Of a DNA stretch of 43,370 bases, positions 1 to 7,816 are shown piece after piece. This DNA comes from a virus (taxonomy: Duplodnaviria > Caudoviricetes): positions 1 through 43,370 of the IMG/VR virus record IMGVR_UViG_3300031953_000036. The stretch is one strand, 5' to 3'. Made by a program: the position numbers and the translations under genes. The first letter of the stretch is position 1, and each line of letters opens with the position of its first letter. The notes below the pieces were generated by a model that saw only the letters and a program-made list of their open reading frames with translations, had not been told where the DNA came from and made no database searches.

Positions 1-127
1 GGCGCGCCGCCGGGCATTGAGGTGCTGATCTATGGCGAGATTGGCGAGTGGGGCATCACCAGTGCGGATTTCATGCGCGACCTGAATGCCGTTGACGATG
101 GGGTTTCGCCGATTGTGGTCGGCTTTG
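1..127. repeat. Terminal direct repeat (circular assembly overlap), left copy
   Basis: 1-127 is identical to 43244-43370 and the reading frame continues across the junction. Confidence 0.97.
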
Positions 128-1071
128 ACACCATAGGCGGCGACCTGATGGACGGCATCGCCATCCATAACGGACTGGCCCGTCTGGGCGAGCGCTGCAC
201 GGCGCGCATCGATGGCGCCTGTTACAGCTCCGGCAGCGTCGCCGCCTGTGGCGCGCACCGGGTAGTCATGGCCGCCAACGGCCTGTTTATGATCCACAAC
301 CCCTGGGCAGTCGCCTCTGGCGACAGCGCCGCCTTGCGCGCCGTTGCCGACATCATGGACAAGGCGCTCGAAGGCATCGTCGCCAGCTACCTGCGCCGCA
401 CCCTGGTCATCGACGAAACCGAACTGCGCCGCATGATCGCCAGCACCACCTGGCTGACCGCCCCGGAAGCCCTGGCCGCCGGGTTTGTCGACGAGGTCAC
501 CGCCGGCGTGAAGCTGCAGGCCAGCCACGGCCGCGCAAAGATCCTCAACCGCTACCAGCACACCCCACAGGCGGCGCTGGACCTGATCAATAAACCCGAG
601 CCCGAACCAGCTCCCGAGCCGGCCCCCGAACCGGTTCCGATCGTCGAGCCAGAACCCGCGCCAACCCCAATCAAAGAACCGCCCGCCGATCCCGTTGCCC
701 TGGCCGAGCAGCTCACCAACGATTGCCAGGCCGCCGGCCTGGCCAACGTCACGGCGGTGCTGATCAAAGCCAGCGGCCTGAAAAGCCAGGCAGCCATCAA
801 CGCCCACCTGATCCGTGCCAAAGCAGTGCGCGACCTGTGCGTGTTGGCCAAGTTGCCAGACGAAGCGCTCGGGCTGATCAGCGCCGGCCTGGACGCCGAC
901 GCCGCACGGGTAAAGCTGTTCGACAAGATCGTCGAGGCCAGCAACAAGGTCAGCATCAGCAACAAACCACCCTTGCCGGATGACCAGCCGGCGCCCACCC
1001 GCAACGCGGTCGACCCCGGCGCCATCTACGCCAGCCGCAAACCCCAAGCCTCGAAAGGAGCGCATAAATGA
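1..1071 (+). CDS. Head maturation protease (ClpP-like) fused to scaffold; 3' part of a gene starting at 43073 (about 413 aa total)
   Basis: IYGEIG, ACYSSGS (Ser), FMIHNP (His), WLTAPEALAAGFVD motifs; Pro/Glu linker then helical scaffold; follows portal. Confidence 0.9.
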   Translation, partial: GAPPGIEVLIYGEIGEWGITSADFMRDLNAVDDGVSPIVVGFDTIGGDLMDGIAIHNGLARLGERCTARIDGACYSSGSVAACGAHRVVMAANGLFMIHNPWAVASGDSAALRAVADIMDKALEGIVASYLRRTLVIDETELRRMIASTTWLTAPEALAAGFVDEVTAGVKLQASHGRAKILNRYQHTPQAALDLINKPEPEPAPEPAPEPVPIVEPEPAPTPIKEPPADPVALAEQLTNDCQAAGLANVTAVLIKASGLKSQAAINAHLIRAKAVRDLCVLAKLPDEALGLISAGLDADAARVKLFDKIVEASNKVSISNKPPLPDDQPAPTRNAVDPGAIYASRKPQASKGAHK

Positions 1072-1703
1072 GCATCAAAACCGAAGGCGTCCACGCCGGT
1101 GAGTTCCTCCTTTCGGAGGCAAACGGCACCCGTAGCCGCGCCGAGGTGGTCATCACCGCCGGCGCTGGCATCCTCGCCGCCGGCACGCTGATCGCCATGA
1201 TCACCGCGGCCAACGCCACCATCGCCACTGCTGACGTCGGTAACACCGGCAATGGCGTCATGGGCACGGTCACCACGTCCAGTGCCGCGGTGAGCGGCAT
1301 TTATGTGCTGACCATTACCGAAGTCGCGGCAAATGGCGGCCTGTTCGAGGTGGTTGATCCGCTCGGCAGCCTGGTGGGCGCGGGCAGTGTGGGCGCAGCT
1401 TTCGATGCCGGCGGCCTGAGTTTCACCCTGGCGGATGGCACCGCTGATTTCATCGTCGGCGACGTCTTCACTCTTGCAGTGACCGCAGCCTTGGGCGAGT
1501 ACCGCGCCTACGACGACGCCGGCACCGATGACGGACGCCGCGCCGCCAGCGGCATCCTGTATGCCTCGGTCGACGCCAGTCTCAACGACATTCGCGCCCT
1601 GGCCGTGGTGCGTGACGCCGAAGTGATCGAGCGCCTGCTCACCGGCCTCGACGACGCCGGCGCTGCCGATCTGGCCGGCCTGGGCATTGTTGTTTGCCCC
1701 TGA
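1068..1703 (+). CDS. Head decoration protein (gpD-like) with internal beta-rich insertion
   Basis: GEFLLSEANGTRSR start and DDGRRAASGILY end typical of the family; lies between protease and capsid; ATGA overlap. Confidence 0.8.
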   Translation: MSIKTEGVHAGEFLLSEANGTRSRAEVVITAGAGILAAGTLIAMITAANATIATADVGNTGNGVMGTVTTSSAAVSGIYVLTITEVAANGGLFEVVDPLGSLVGAGSVGAAFDAGGLSFTLADGTADFIVGDVFTLAVTAALGEYRAYDDAGTDDGRRAASGILYASVDASLNDIRALAVVRDAEVIERLLTGLDDAGAADLAGLGIVVCP

Positions 1704-1728
1704 CCTGATCCGCCACCCCTGACACCCT

Positions 1729-1759
1729 AAACCCCGCCTTTGCGGGGTTTGTCATTTTT
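1729..1759 (+). terminator. Hairpin or intrinsic terminator between decoration and capsid genes
   Basis: AAACCCCGC-CTTT-GCGGGGTTT followed by GTCATTTTT. Confidence 0.55.
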
Positions 1760-1771
1760 AGGAGCCTCACC

Positions 1772-2758
1772 ATGGCCGAGATTTCCATTTTTGAAGACGA
1801 TGCGTTCAGCGTCACCTCGCTGCTCGCTACCATCAACGAAGAACACGCTATCCCCGGGCAGATCGCTGCCTCGGGCCTGTTCACCGAAGAGGGCAGTACC
1901 ACTGTCACCCAGCAGGTCGAGAAAGACGGCGATGTGCTGGAGTTGGTCGCTGCTGCGCCGCGCGGTGCCCCGGGCCAGGTGGTGATCGGCAGCAAGCGCC
2001 AGCTAATCCCCTTCAACTGCCAGCACCTGCCGCAAGAATTCACCATCATGGCCGACGAGATTCAGGGCATCCGCGCCTTCGGTAGCCGCACCGAGTTGCA
2101 GGGTGTGCAGGACGTGGTCAACGCCCGCGCTAACAAGGCCCGCGGCCAGATCGACCTGACTCACGAATATCACCGCATTGGCGCCATCAAGGGCCAGGTG
2201 CTCGACAAAGATGGCAGCGTTCTGGTTGACCTGTTCCAAACGTTCGGCCTCAAGCAAATCAAGCTGAAGATGGACTTCGGCTCGGTGGACGTCAGCGTCC
2301 GCGCCGGCGAAGCGCTGGACCTGCAGGAAGATGTACTGGGCAACGCCACTGGGACCGGCGCCATTGCCTGGTGCGGCAAAAACTTCTGGAGCGCGCTGAT
2401 TTCAGATCCCTCGGTCAAGGAGGCCTACCTCAACCACGAAGCCGCTTCGGCGTTGCGCGGTGATCGCCGCCAGGCGTTCGAGTTCGCCGGGGTGCTGTGG
2501 ATTCGCTACCGCGGCAAGATCGGCGGCGTGCCATTCGTGGGCGATGAGAATGCCTATCTGGTGCCGGATGGCGTGCCGGGCCTGTTCAAGACTGTGTTCG
2601 CCCCGGCCAACTACATGGAGACGGTCAACACCTTGGGCGTGCCGTACTACACCAAGCTCGAGCCGATGAAGTACGGCAAGGGTGTTTCCGGTGAAGCGCA
2701 GTCCAACCCGCTTCACCTGTGCACCCGCCCGCGCGGCAACATCCTGCTGACACGCTGA
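1772..2758 (+). CDS. Major capsid protein (lambda gpE family)
   Basis: 328 aa; FEDDAFSVTSL start, EYHRIGAIKG, FAPANYMETVNTLG, EAQSNPLHLCTRP; strong RBS AGGAG. Confidence 0.92.
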   Translation: MAEISIFEDDAFSVTSLLATINEEHAIPGQIAASGLFTEEGSTTVTQQVEKDGDVLELVAAAPRGAPGQVVIGSKRQLIPFNCQHLPQEFTIMADEIQGIRAFGSRTELQGVQDVVNARANKARGQIDLTHEYHRIGAIKGQVLDKDGSVLVDLFQTFGLKQIKLKMDFGSVDVSVRAGEALDLQEDVLGNATGTGAIAWCGKNFWSALISDPSVKEAYLNHEAASALRGDRRQAFEFAGVLWIRYRGKIGGVPFVGDENAYLVPDGVPGLFKTVFAPANYMETVNTLGVPYYTKLEPMKYGKGVSGEAQSNPLHLCTRPRGNILLTR

Positions 2759-2760
2759 TC

Positions 2761-3078
2761 GTGGCTGGCTTCGGTAAAGCCTTGGCCGCCATGGATGCCG
2801 CGGTTATGCGCGGGCTCAGCGACGGCGCCGCCGACTACCTGAACGCCGCCGGCGCAGTACTGGCCACCGGTGTTGAGGTGATTATCGACCGCGAGGTCGA
2901 GCGCTTCGATGCGGTCAGCGGCATGGTCAGCAGCGCGGTGACCGTCACCCTGCAGCGCCACCTATTGCAGCCCTTCGACCGCAAAGGCGCTCTGCGCATG
3001 AGCGACGGCGCGCTCTGGCATATCGACGGCATCGCCGCCGACGACGGCCAGATAATCACCTTCTACGTGGTGCCCTGA
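2761..3078 (+). CDS. Head-tail joining protein (FII-like)
   Basis: GTG start directly after the capsid stop; about 105 aa; synteny. Confidence 0.6.
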   Translation: MAGFGKALAAMDAAVMRGLSDGAADYLNAAGAVLATGVEVIIDREVERFDAVSGMVSSAVTVTLQRHLLQPFDRKGALRMSDGALWHIDGIAADDGQIITFYVVP

Positions 3079-3079
3079 T

Positions 3080-3517
3080 ATGCCCATCGATATGCAGTCG
3101 GCGATTGCCGCGCAGCTGATCGAACACCTCGGCGCCGTGCCGTCCTTTGGCGCCCTGGCGTTCGAGGAAAGCGTGCTGCGCGTACTCGACTCCGCCGACG
3201 AAACCTTGCCGGATGACTTTATCGTCATTCAGCCAGGCCAAACCGAGGAGCTGGAGCGGATCGGCGCGGGCAGCGTGCGTGAGCGCGTCACCCTCACCGT
3301 CACCGCCATCACCAAGCGCCGCGACTTTGCCGTGACGCTGCGTGCGGCGCGACTGGGGATCAAGGTCGCGTTGGCTGGCAGCAAGGGCGGGCTGATCGTG
3401 CCGGGGGTGATTGCCGTCGAAATGCAAACCGAAACACCCATGCCGCCGGGCGAGGGTCGCCGCTGGGCGGCTCACGTCATGCCGCTGCAGATCACCTACG
3501 TGCAACCCCTCAAGTGA
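3080..3517 (+). CDS. Tail terminator-like protein (gpU-like)
   Basis: 145 aa ending QITY; lies upstream of tail tube gene. Confidence 0.6.
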   Translation: MPIDMQSAIAAQLIEHLGAVPSFGALAFEESVLRVLDSADETLPDDFIVIQPGQTEELERIGAGSVRERVTLTVTAITKRRDFAVTLRAARLGIKVALAGSKGGLIVPGVIAVEMQTETPMPPGEGRRWAAHVMPLQITYVQPLK

Positions 3518-3527
3518 GGATTCTGTA

Positions 3528-3728
3528 ATGCCCGCGATCACCATCGCTACACCGTTCAACTTTTCCCTGGGTGCAGTGACCCATTACAAAAAGGGCGAGC
3601 AGGACGTGCCTCAGGCCGTCGCCGAGCACGCCAAGGCGCGCGGCTATCTGGCCAATGCCAAGCCCGCCGCGCCGGCGAAAACTTCGTTCGGCAGCTCGCC
3701 CGAGTCGCTCAACTCGTTCGTCGAATAA
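3528..3728 (+). CDS. Small virion-associated hypothetical protein (66 aa)
   Basis: RBS GAGGA then ATG 3528; fills the gap between gpU-like and tube genes. Confidence 0.65.
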   Translation: MPAITIATPFNFSLGAVTHYKKGEQDVPQAVAEHAKARGYLANAKPAAPAKTSFGSSPESLNSFVE

Positions 3729-3751
3729 CCCACACGCTCAAGGACTACCCC

Positions 3752-4501
3752 ATGTCTCAAGTTGACCGCTCCTTTATTGGCGAGGGCGTTATCTACGCGC
3801 GCGCCTATCAATCCCAAGACCCGCTGATCGATATCGGCAACGCTGACAGCTTCAGCCTGGCGTTCACCAGCGACCGCAAAACCCTGCCCAACTACCGGGG
3901 CGGCGGCGGTAACCGCAACGTCAACGAGAAAATCACCGGCGTAACCGCCAGCATCGGCATGTACGACATCACCGCCGAAAACCTCGCGCGGGTGACGCGC
4001 TCCACCGCCGCGGCCATTCCGACCGATGCCATCGTCGAAGAGCCGCAAACCTGCGGCGGCGTGATCGGCGAACTGGTGCCCTTTAAGTACCTGCCGAACC
4101 TGGTAGAGACCATCACCGTGGTGACCGCCGCCGACGTGGCACTGGTCGCCGGCACCGATTACCGTGCCACGGCCCATGGCCTGATCGTGCTCAGCGCGGC
4201 GGTGACCGCTGCCGGCATTAAAGTCAGCTACACGCCACGCGCTGCGACAGCCATTCAGCTGCTCAACGGTTCCCAGGTCGAACTGGAGCTGTACATCAGC
4301 GGCCTCAACGATGCGCAATCCGGTGAGCCGTTCAGCCTGCGTCCGCGCCGCGTCAAGTTCGGCCTGCTGTCCGCGCTGTCAGTGTTCGGCACCGAGTACT
4401 TGAAACTGGAAGGCAGCGCCGAGCTGCTGGCCGACGATATGGTCAGCGACAGCGGTATCAGCAAGTTCTGCGAAATGCAGCTGGTCGATAAGACGGCTTG
4501 A
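3752..4501 (+). CDS. Major tail tube protein
   Basis: 249 aa; RSFIGEG, IGNADSF, YRGGGG, GLNDAQSG motifs typical of siphovirus tube proteins; position. Confidence 0.8.
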   Translation: MSQVDRSFIGEGVIYARAYQSQDPLIDIGNADSFSLAFTSDRKTLPNYRGGGGNRNVNEKITGVTASIGMYDITAENLARVTRSTAAAIPTDAIVEEPQTCGGVIGELVPFKYLPNLVETITVVTAADVALVAGTDYRATAHGLIVLSAAVTAAGIKVSYTPRAATAIQLLNGSQVELELYISGLNDAQSGEPFSLRPRRVKFGLLSALSVFGTEYLKLEGSAELLADDMVSDSGISKFCEMQLVDKTA

Positions 4502-4543
4502 TGCCTATGGCCAGGGACGGCCACTCATCCGCGCAGAAGGGGA

Positions 4544-5626
4544 TTATTCAGATTTGGCAAAGCGCCTGGTCATGTAGTCGAGCGCTTCTTGGGTTGTGTC
4601 GGTTATGGCACTTGCGTGGGAAATTATCTGATCAGTGAGTCGCAGTAGCTCTGCTTTTGCGATCTGGTCACCACTTTTATGGATGCTGCCAACAATTCGG
4701 TTAAAGGCGGGTCGGCTTGGCTTCTCCAGGTGCTCAACCAGCCGGAGGGCTGCGCTATCGGTGATGATGCTGAAGCCGTAGAGTGTTTTGTATGCGGCGG
4801 CAATGATCTCCACAGCCTTGCTGTTCATCTGGTCTGTGGCATCCAGGAAATAAAGCAGCGCGCGCAATGTGTCGCGCTGCGGGCCATCTATATAGCCTCC
4901 CGCAGCAGTCCTGATTGATCCTGCGACTTGAAGTGGATAGTAATCCTCGGGCAGGATTTGGATGCTCGGCCCATGCTTGAGGCGCGCAAAAATCGCAAAT
5001 GCGATCTTGTTCGACATCACCCGTTTCTGGATATGGTCATTGGCGACGAAGAGGTAGCCGGAGCGCTGGGAGCCTTTTCTGCACAGGCCTCCTGCTGCAA
5101 TGGCGCGCTCGACCATTGCGTTGTGAGAACCCTTTTCGCACGGCCCCGTGACCTCTAGGTACTGATTGCTAAAATCTATTGTGGCCGCTGGCACATCAAA
5201 GAGAGCTTCGTACATATCCCCGAACAGGTCACGCGGGAGATCAAGCAGTTCCTCGCAATTCAAGCCAAACGCTTTCTGCAGGCAGAAAACGGTGATGAAG
5301 CGCAGCAGGGCTATTTCACGGTCACTGGTCCAGCAATCGGGCGCTGTTGCTATTGCCAGCGCCCGCCGCAGCTGGGGGTAAGGATAGATACCTGCAATTA
5401 ATGGGTGACGGTCCAGCCAGTCGCCGAGGGCGGCTGCCCGTGATTGGTCGATGTAACCACCCTCTATAGCAGACTGGAACACCTGATCTGTCAGCTGTTG
5501 CAGGGTGCCGTAGTGGTCGAGGTATTCGTCGATCGACAGGAACGGCTGGTCCAGGTTGACCCGACGTGCTGCGCTTATACCGAGCGATTCGCGCAGGCGC
5601 TCTGGTGGTTCGATGCTGGTTCTCAT
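4544..5626 (-). CDS. Accessory protein with apparent TerB-like, BRCT-like and TerB-like domains
   Basis: Antisense to late genes, lower GC; IDFSNQYLEVTG...AGG...YLFV...KI..A...IQILPED resembles BRCT; helical N- and C-terminal parts resemble TerB-like domains; RBS AAGGA. Confidence 0.6.
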   Translation of the reverse strand: MRTSIEPPERLRESLGISAARRVNLDQPFLSIDEYLDHYGTLQQLTDQVFQSAIEGGYIDQSRAAALGDWLDRHPLIAGIYPYPQLRRALAIATAPDCWTSDREIALLRFITVFCLQKAFGLNCEELLDLPRDLFGDMYEALFDVPAATIDFSNQYLEVTGPCEKGSHNAMVERAIAAGGLCRKGSQRSGYLFVANDHIQKRVMSNKIAFAIFARLKHGPSIQILPEDYYPLQVAGSIRTAAGGYIDGPQRDTLRALLYFLDATDQMNSKAVEIIAAAYKTLYGFSIITDSAALRLVEHLEKPSRPAFNRIVGSIHKSGDQIAKAELLRLTDQIISHASAITDTTQEALDYMTRRFAKSE

Positions 5627-5650
5627 GTCCGATCCTTGGCTGAGTGGGGG

Positions 5651-6016
5651 CTATTTCTGCAGCAGCTTGAACTGGTCGATCATGTATTCAATACGGGATT
5701 CCATCTTGTCCAGCCTTTGTTCGCTGCGCCCAAGGTGGTCGCGCAACTCTTTTGCATAAACCGCCAGGTTGAAATCCTGTAGCGCCTCATGTGCTTCGTC
5801 GCGCTCGCTGGCTAGATTGAGTATCAGCGGCGCAGCCTCATAAATTGGAGCGCCTGGCGCGATCTCGTTGAGAGCCTCATCGATAGCGAAGGTAGCCTCG
5901 ATGCGGGCGATGATTTCAGCGGTGGCCGAGCGTTTGTTCGCCTTGGACGCCACCGTGACTTTGTCGCGTAGCTCTTCCGGAATGCGAAGATTGAACTGTG
6001 GGTCCGTGCGACTCAT
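5651..6016 (-). CDS. Arc/Mnt family RHH repressor with C-terminal coiled coil (Mnt-like)
   Basis: MSRTDPQFNLRIPEELRDKV...NKRSATAEIIARIE is a canonical Arc-family motif. Confidence 0.88.
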   Translation of the reverse strand: MSRTDPQFNLRIPEELRDKVTVASKANKRSATAEIIARIEATFAIDEALNEIAPGAPIYEAAPLILNLASERDEAHEALQDFNLAVYAKELRDHLGRSEQRLDKMESRIEYMIDQFKLLQK

Positions 6017-6048
6017 TGGGCTTCCAGGTGTTCCGTTAATTGGAACTA

Positions 6049-6119
6049 AATATGCATCACGGTGCTATTGACATCAATGCATCACCGTTCTACATTCGTA
6101 TCACCTACCACGGTGATAC
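6049..6119. promoter_or_regulatory. Overlapping divergent sigma70 promoters (Pmnt/Pant-like) and operator
   Basis: + strand TTGACA(6068)-17-TACATT(6091); - strand TTGATG(6077)-17-CATATT(6054); palindrome GTATCACC-N6-GGTGATAC 6098-6119; ATGCATCAC direct repeats. Confidence 0.75.
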
Positions 6120-6131
6120 ATAGGTGACGCC

Positions 6132-6287
6132 ATGAGCAGACGCAGCATTTCCCCGTTTGGATTCCGTATGAAGCCCGAAGTAAAAGAGGCCGCCAAGCTT
6201 GAGGCGGAGCGGAACCGCCGCAGCCTAAACACTGAGCTGGAGCTTTTAGTGGAGGAGGGGATGGAGTGGCGAAGAAAAAAAACGTAG
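6132..6287 (+). CDS. Arc-like repressor (51 aa; absent from the ORF track)
   Basis: MSRRSISPFGFRMKPEVKEAAKLEAERNRRSLNTELELLVEEGMEWRRKKT; RBS AGGTG. Confidence 0.85.
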   Translation: MSRRSISPFGFRMKPEVKEAAKLEAERNRRSLNTELELLVEEGMEWRRKKT

Positions 6288-6298
6288 GTGGATGCCTG

Positions 6299-6362
6299 AA
6301 ATTAAGAAGCCCCGGCGGTCAGGCCAGGGCTTCAGGTGTGACAACTTTGGGAAAGGATCACA
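6299..6362 (-). ncRNA. Predicted sar-like antisense RNA covering the antirepressor RBS
   Basis: Minus-strand TTGTCA(6396)-16-TAATAT(6374) inside the ant start; hairpin GAAGCCC..GGGCTTC 6306-6333 followed by TTAATTT on the minus strand; same layout as P22 sar. Confidence 0.5.
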
Positions 6363-6364
6363 AG

Positions 6365-7273
6365 ATGAATATTACCGCAAATGCAGAAGATGACAAAGGC
6401 CAGGCGCAGACCGCCCGCGTCATTCGGTTCCGCTTCGAGGCAAAGGAAGTACGCACGTTGCTGATCGATGATCAGCCGTGGTTCGTTGCTGGAGACGTTT
6501 GTGTTTCGCTCGGACTGAGTGACACCAATAAGGCCCTGATCGGGCTTGATGGTGACGAGAAGCGCGAACACGAACAGTATTCGGGTTCAGGTCGTAAGCC
6601 GATCCTGATCAATGAGTCCGGCCTGTACTCCCTGATCCTGCGCAGCCGCAAGGCCGAAGCGAAGCGCTTTAAGAAATGGCTCACCTCCGAAGTTCTGCCG
6701 GCGATCCGCAAGCACGGCCACTACGAAGACACCCACGGCACGATGGGTACGCTGATCGGCGAAACAATCGGCACCAACGGCTTCAACATGCTGGGCGGCT
6801 TGCTCAAGGGCAAAGTCGTCTGTCTGCCGGCGGCGAGCCGGCGTCAAGCCACTGCCAAAATCTGGACGCAAACGCACGCGGCATTCGGTGTGCGCAGCGC
6901 GGCGGATATTCCCGCCAACCAACTGGACGCCGCCCGCAACTTCATCGCCGCCTATGCGCTGGAAGGCGAGTGGCTGGGCAAGAATGAAACGCCGGGGGCT
7001 TTTCAGCTAACCGACTTCCAGGCAACCCAAGTCACGGGTCTGCTGCATTCGGTCGCCTGGGTGAGTCACCGCTGGCAGCAAGGCATCAGCAAAGGAGTCG
7101 CGGCCCTCAACCCGGAACTGTATGGCGCAACCATCGAGCATGTGCAGAGCATGTGCCGTGCGGCCCGCACGCTGGATGCAGAGCTAAAAGAGATGCTCGT
7201 CGAGGTCGAGCGCCGGAAGAGGCTGGGTGGCAGCCGACCGCAACAGTGCGTGGTGCGGGGGATCGGCGGATAA
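6365..7273 (+). CDS. Antirepressor (BRO-N domain plus P22 Ant-like C-terminal region)
   Basis: PWFVAGDVC, INESGLYSLILRSRKAEAKRFKKWLTSEVLPAIRKHGHY; RBS AAGGA before ATG 6365. Confidence 0.85.
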   Translation: MNITANAEDDKGQAQTARVIRFRFEAKEVRTLLIDDQPWFVAGDVCVSLGLSDTNKALIGLDGDEKREHEQYSGSGRKPILINESGLYSLILRSRKAEAKRFKKWLTSEVLPAIRKHGHYEDTHGTMGTLIGETIGTNGFNMLGGLLKGKVVCLPAASRRQATAKIWTQTHAAFGVRSAADIPANQLDAARNFIAAYALEGEWLGKNETPGAFQLTDFQATQVTGLLHSVAWVSHRWQQGISKGVAALNPELYGATIEHVQSMCRAARTLDAELKEMLVEVERRKRLGGSRPQQCVVRGIGG

Positions 7274-7343
7274 GGGCGCGCCCATCCTGCAATGTCGTTG
7301 TGATGGTATATTCGCGGTATCGACTAAACCGGAAGAGACACCC

Positions 7344-7757
7344 ATGCAATGCCCGAGCTGTAATAAAGAAGCATCGCAAGCCGAATTTGGCGAGCCGCTA
7401 CGCTGTCCAGGTTGCGGTGTGTTTTATGCCAAGGCGATGGCGATGAAGCAGCGCAAGGATGCTGATCTGGCGGTAAAAGCCAAAGCGGCAATCGAGAAGG
7501 CCGCGGTGATAAACGCAGCCCAGACTAAGAGCGGGGCCCTCGCCCCATCTGCTCGCGAACACGTTGTAACCCGCGCCCTGAACGCCCCACAGCCAGTGGT
7601 GGTGGTCGATATCCAGATGCGGTTTTGGTCCATGGTCACTTTCATGGTCAAGTGGGTGTTGGCCGCCATACCAGCAATGCTCATATTGATGTTCATCGTG
7701 GCTGGCTTGGTTTCCCTCGGTGGCGGTTTGATTGAGACCCTACTCAAGCAGCCATAA
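7344..7757 (+). CDS. Moron membrane protein: zinc ribbon plus C-terminal transmembrane segment
   Basis: CPSC...CPGC; VVVVDIQMRFWSMVTFMVKWVLAAIPAMLIL hydrophobic tail; extended -10 TGGTATATT at 7304-7312. Confidence 0.7.
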   Translation: MQCPSCNKEASQAEFGEPLRCPGCGVFYAKAMAMKQRKDADLAVKAKAAIEKAAVINAAQTKSGALAPSAREHVVTRALNAPQPVVVVDIQMRFWSMVTFMVKWVLAAIPAMLILMFIVAGLVSLGGGLIETLLKQP

Positions 7758-7776
7758 CTACTAACTCATCACTCAG

Positions 7777-7798
7777 ACCCGCTTCGGCGGGTTTTTTT
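7777..7798 (+). terminator. Intrinsic terminator
   Basis: ACCCGC-TTCG-GCGGGT-TTTTTT. Confidence 0.85.
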
Positions 7799-7816
7799 AT
7801 ACCCGGGGAAAAGTGA

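Noticed and set aside
1-127. Biological direct terminal repeat
   Set aside because: 127 bp equals a common assembler k-mer, it falls mid-gene, and the gpA-type terminase implies cos ends near 38.8 kb
595-690. PEPAPEP repeat as a repeat element
   Set aside because: Ordinary Pro/Glu linker between protease and scaffold domains
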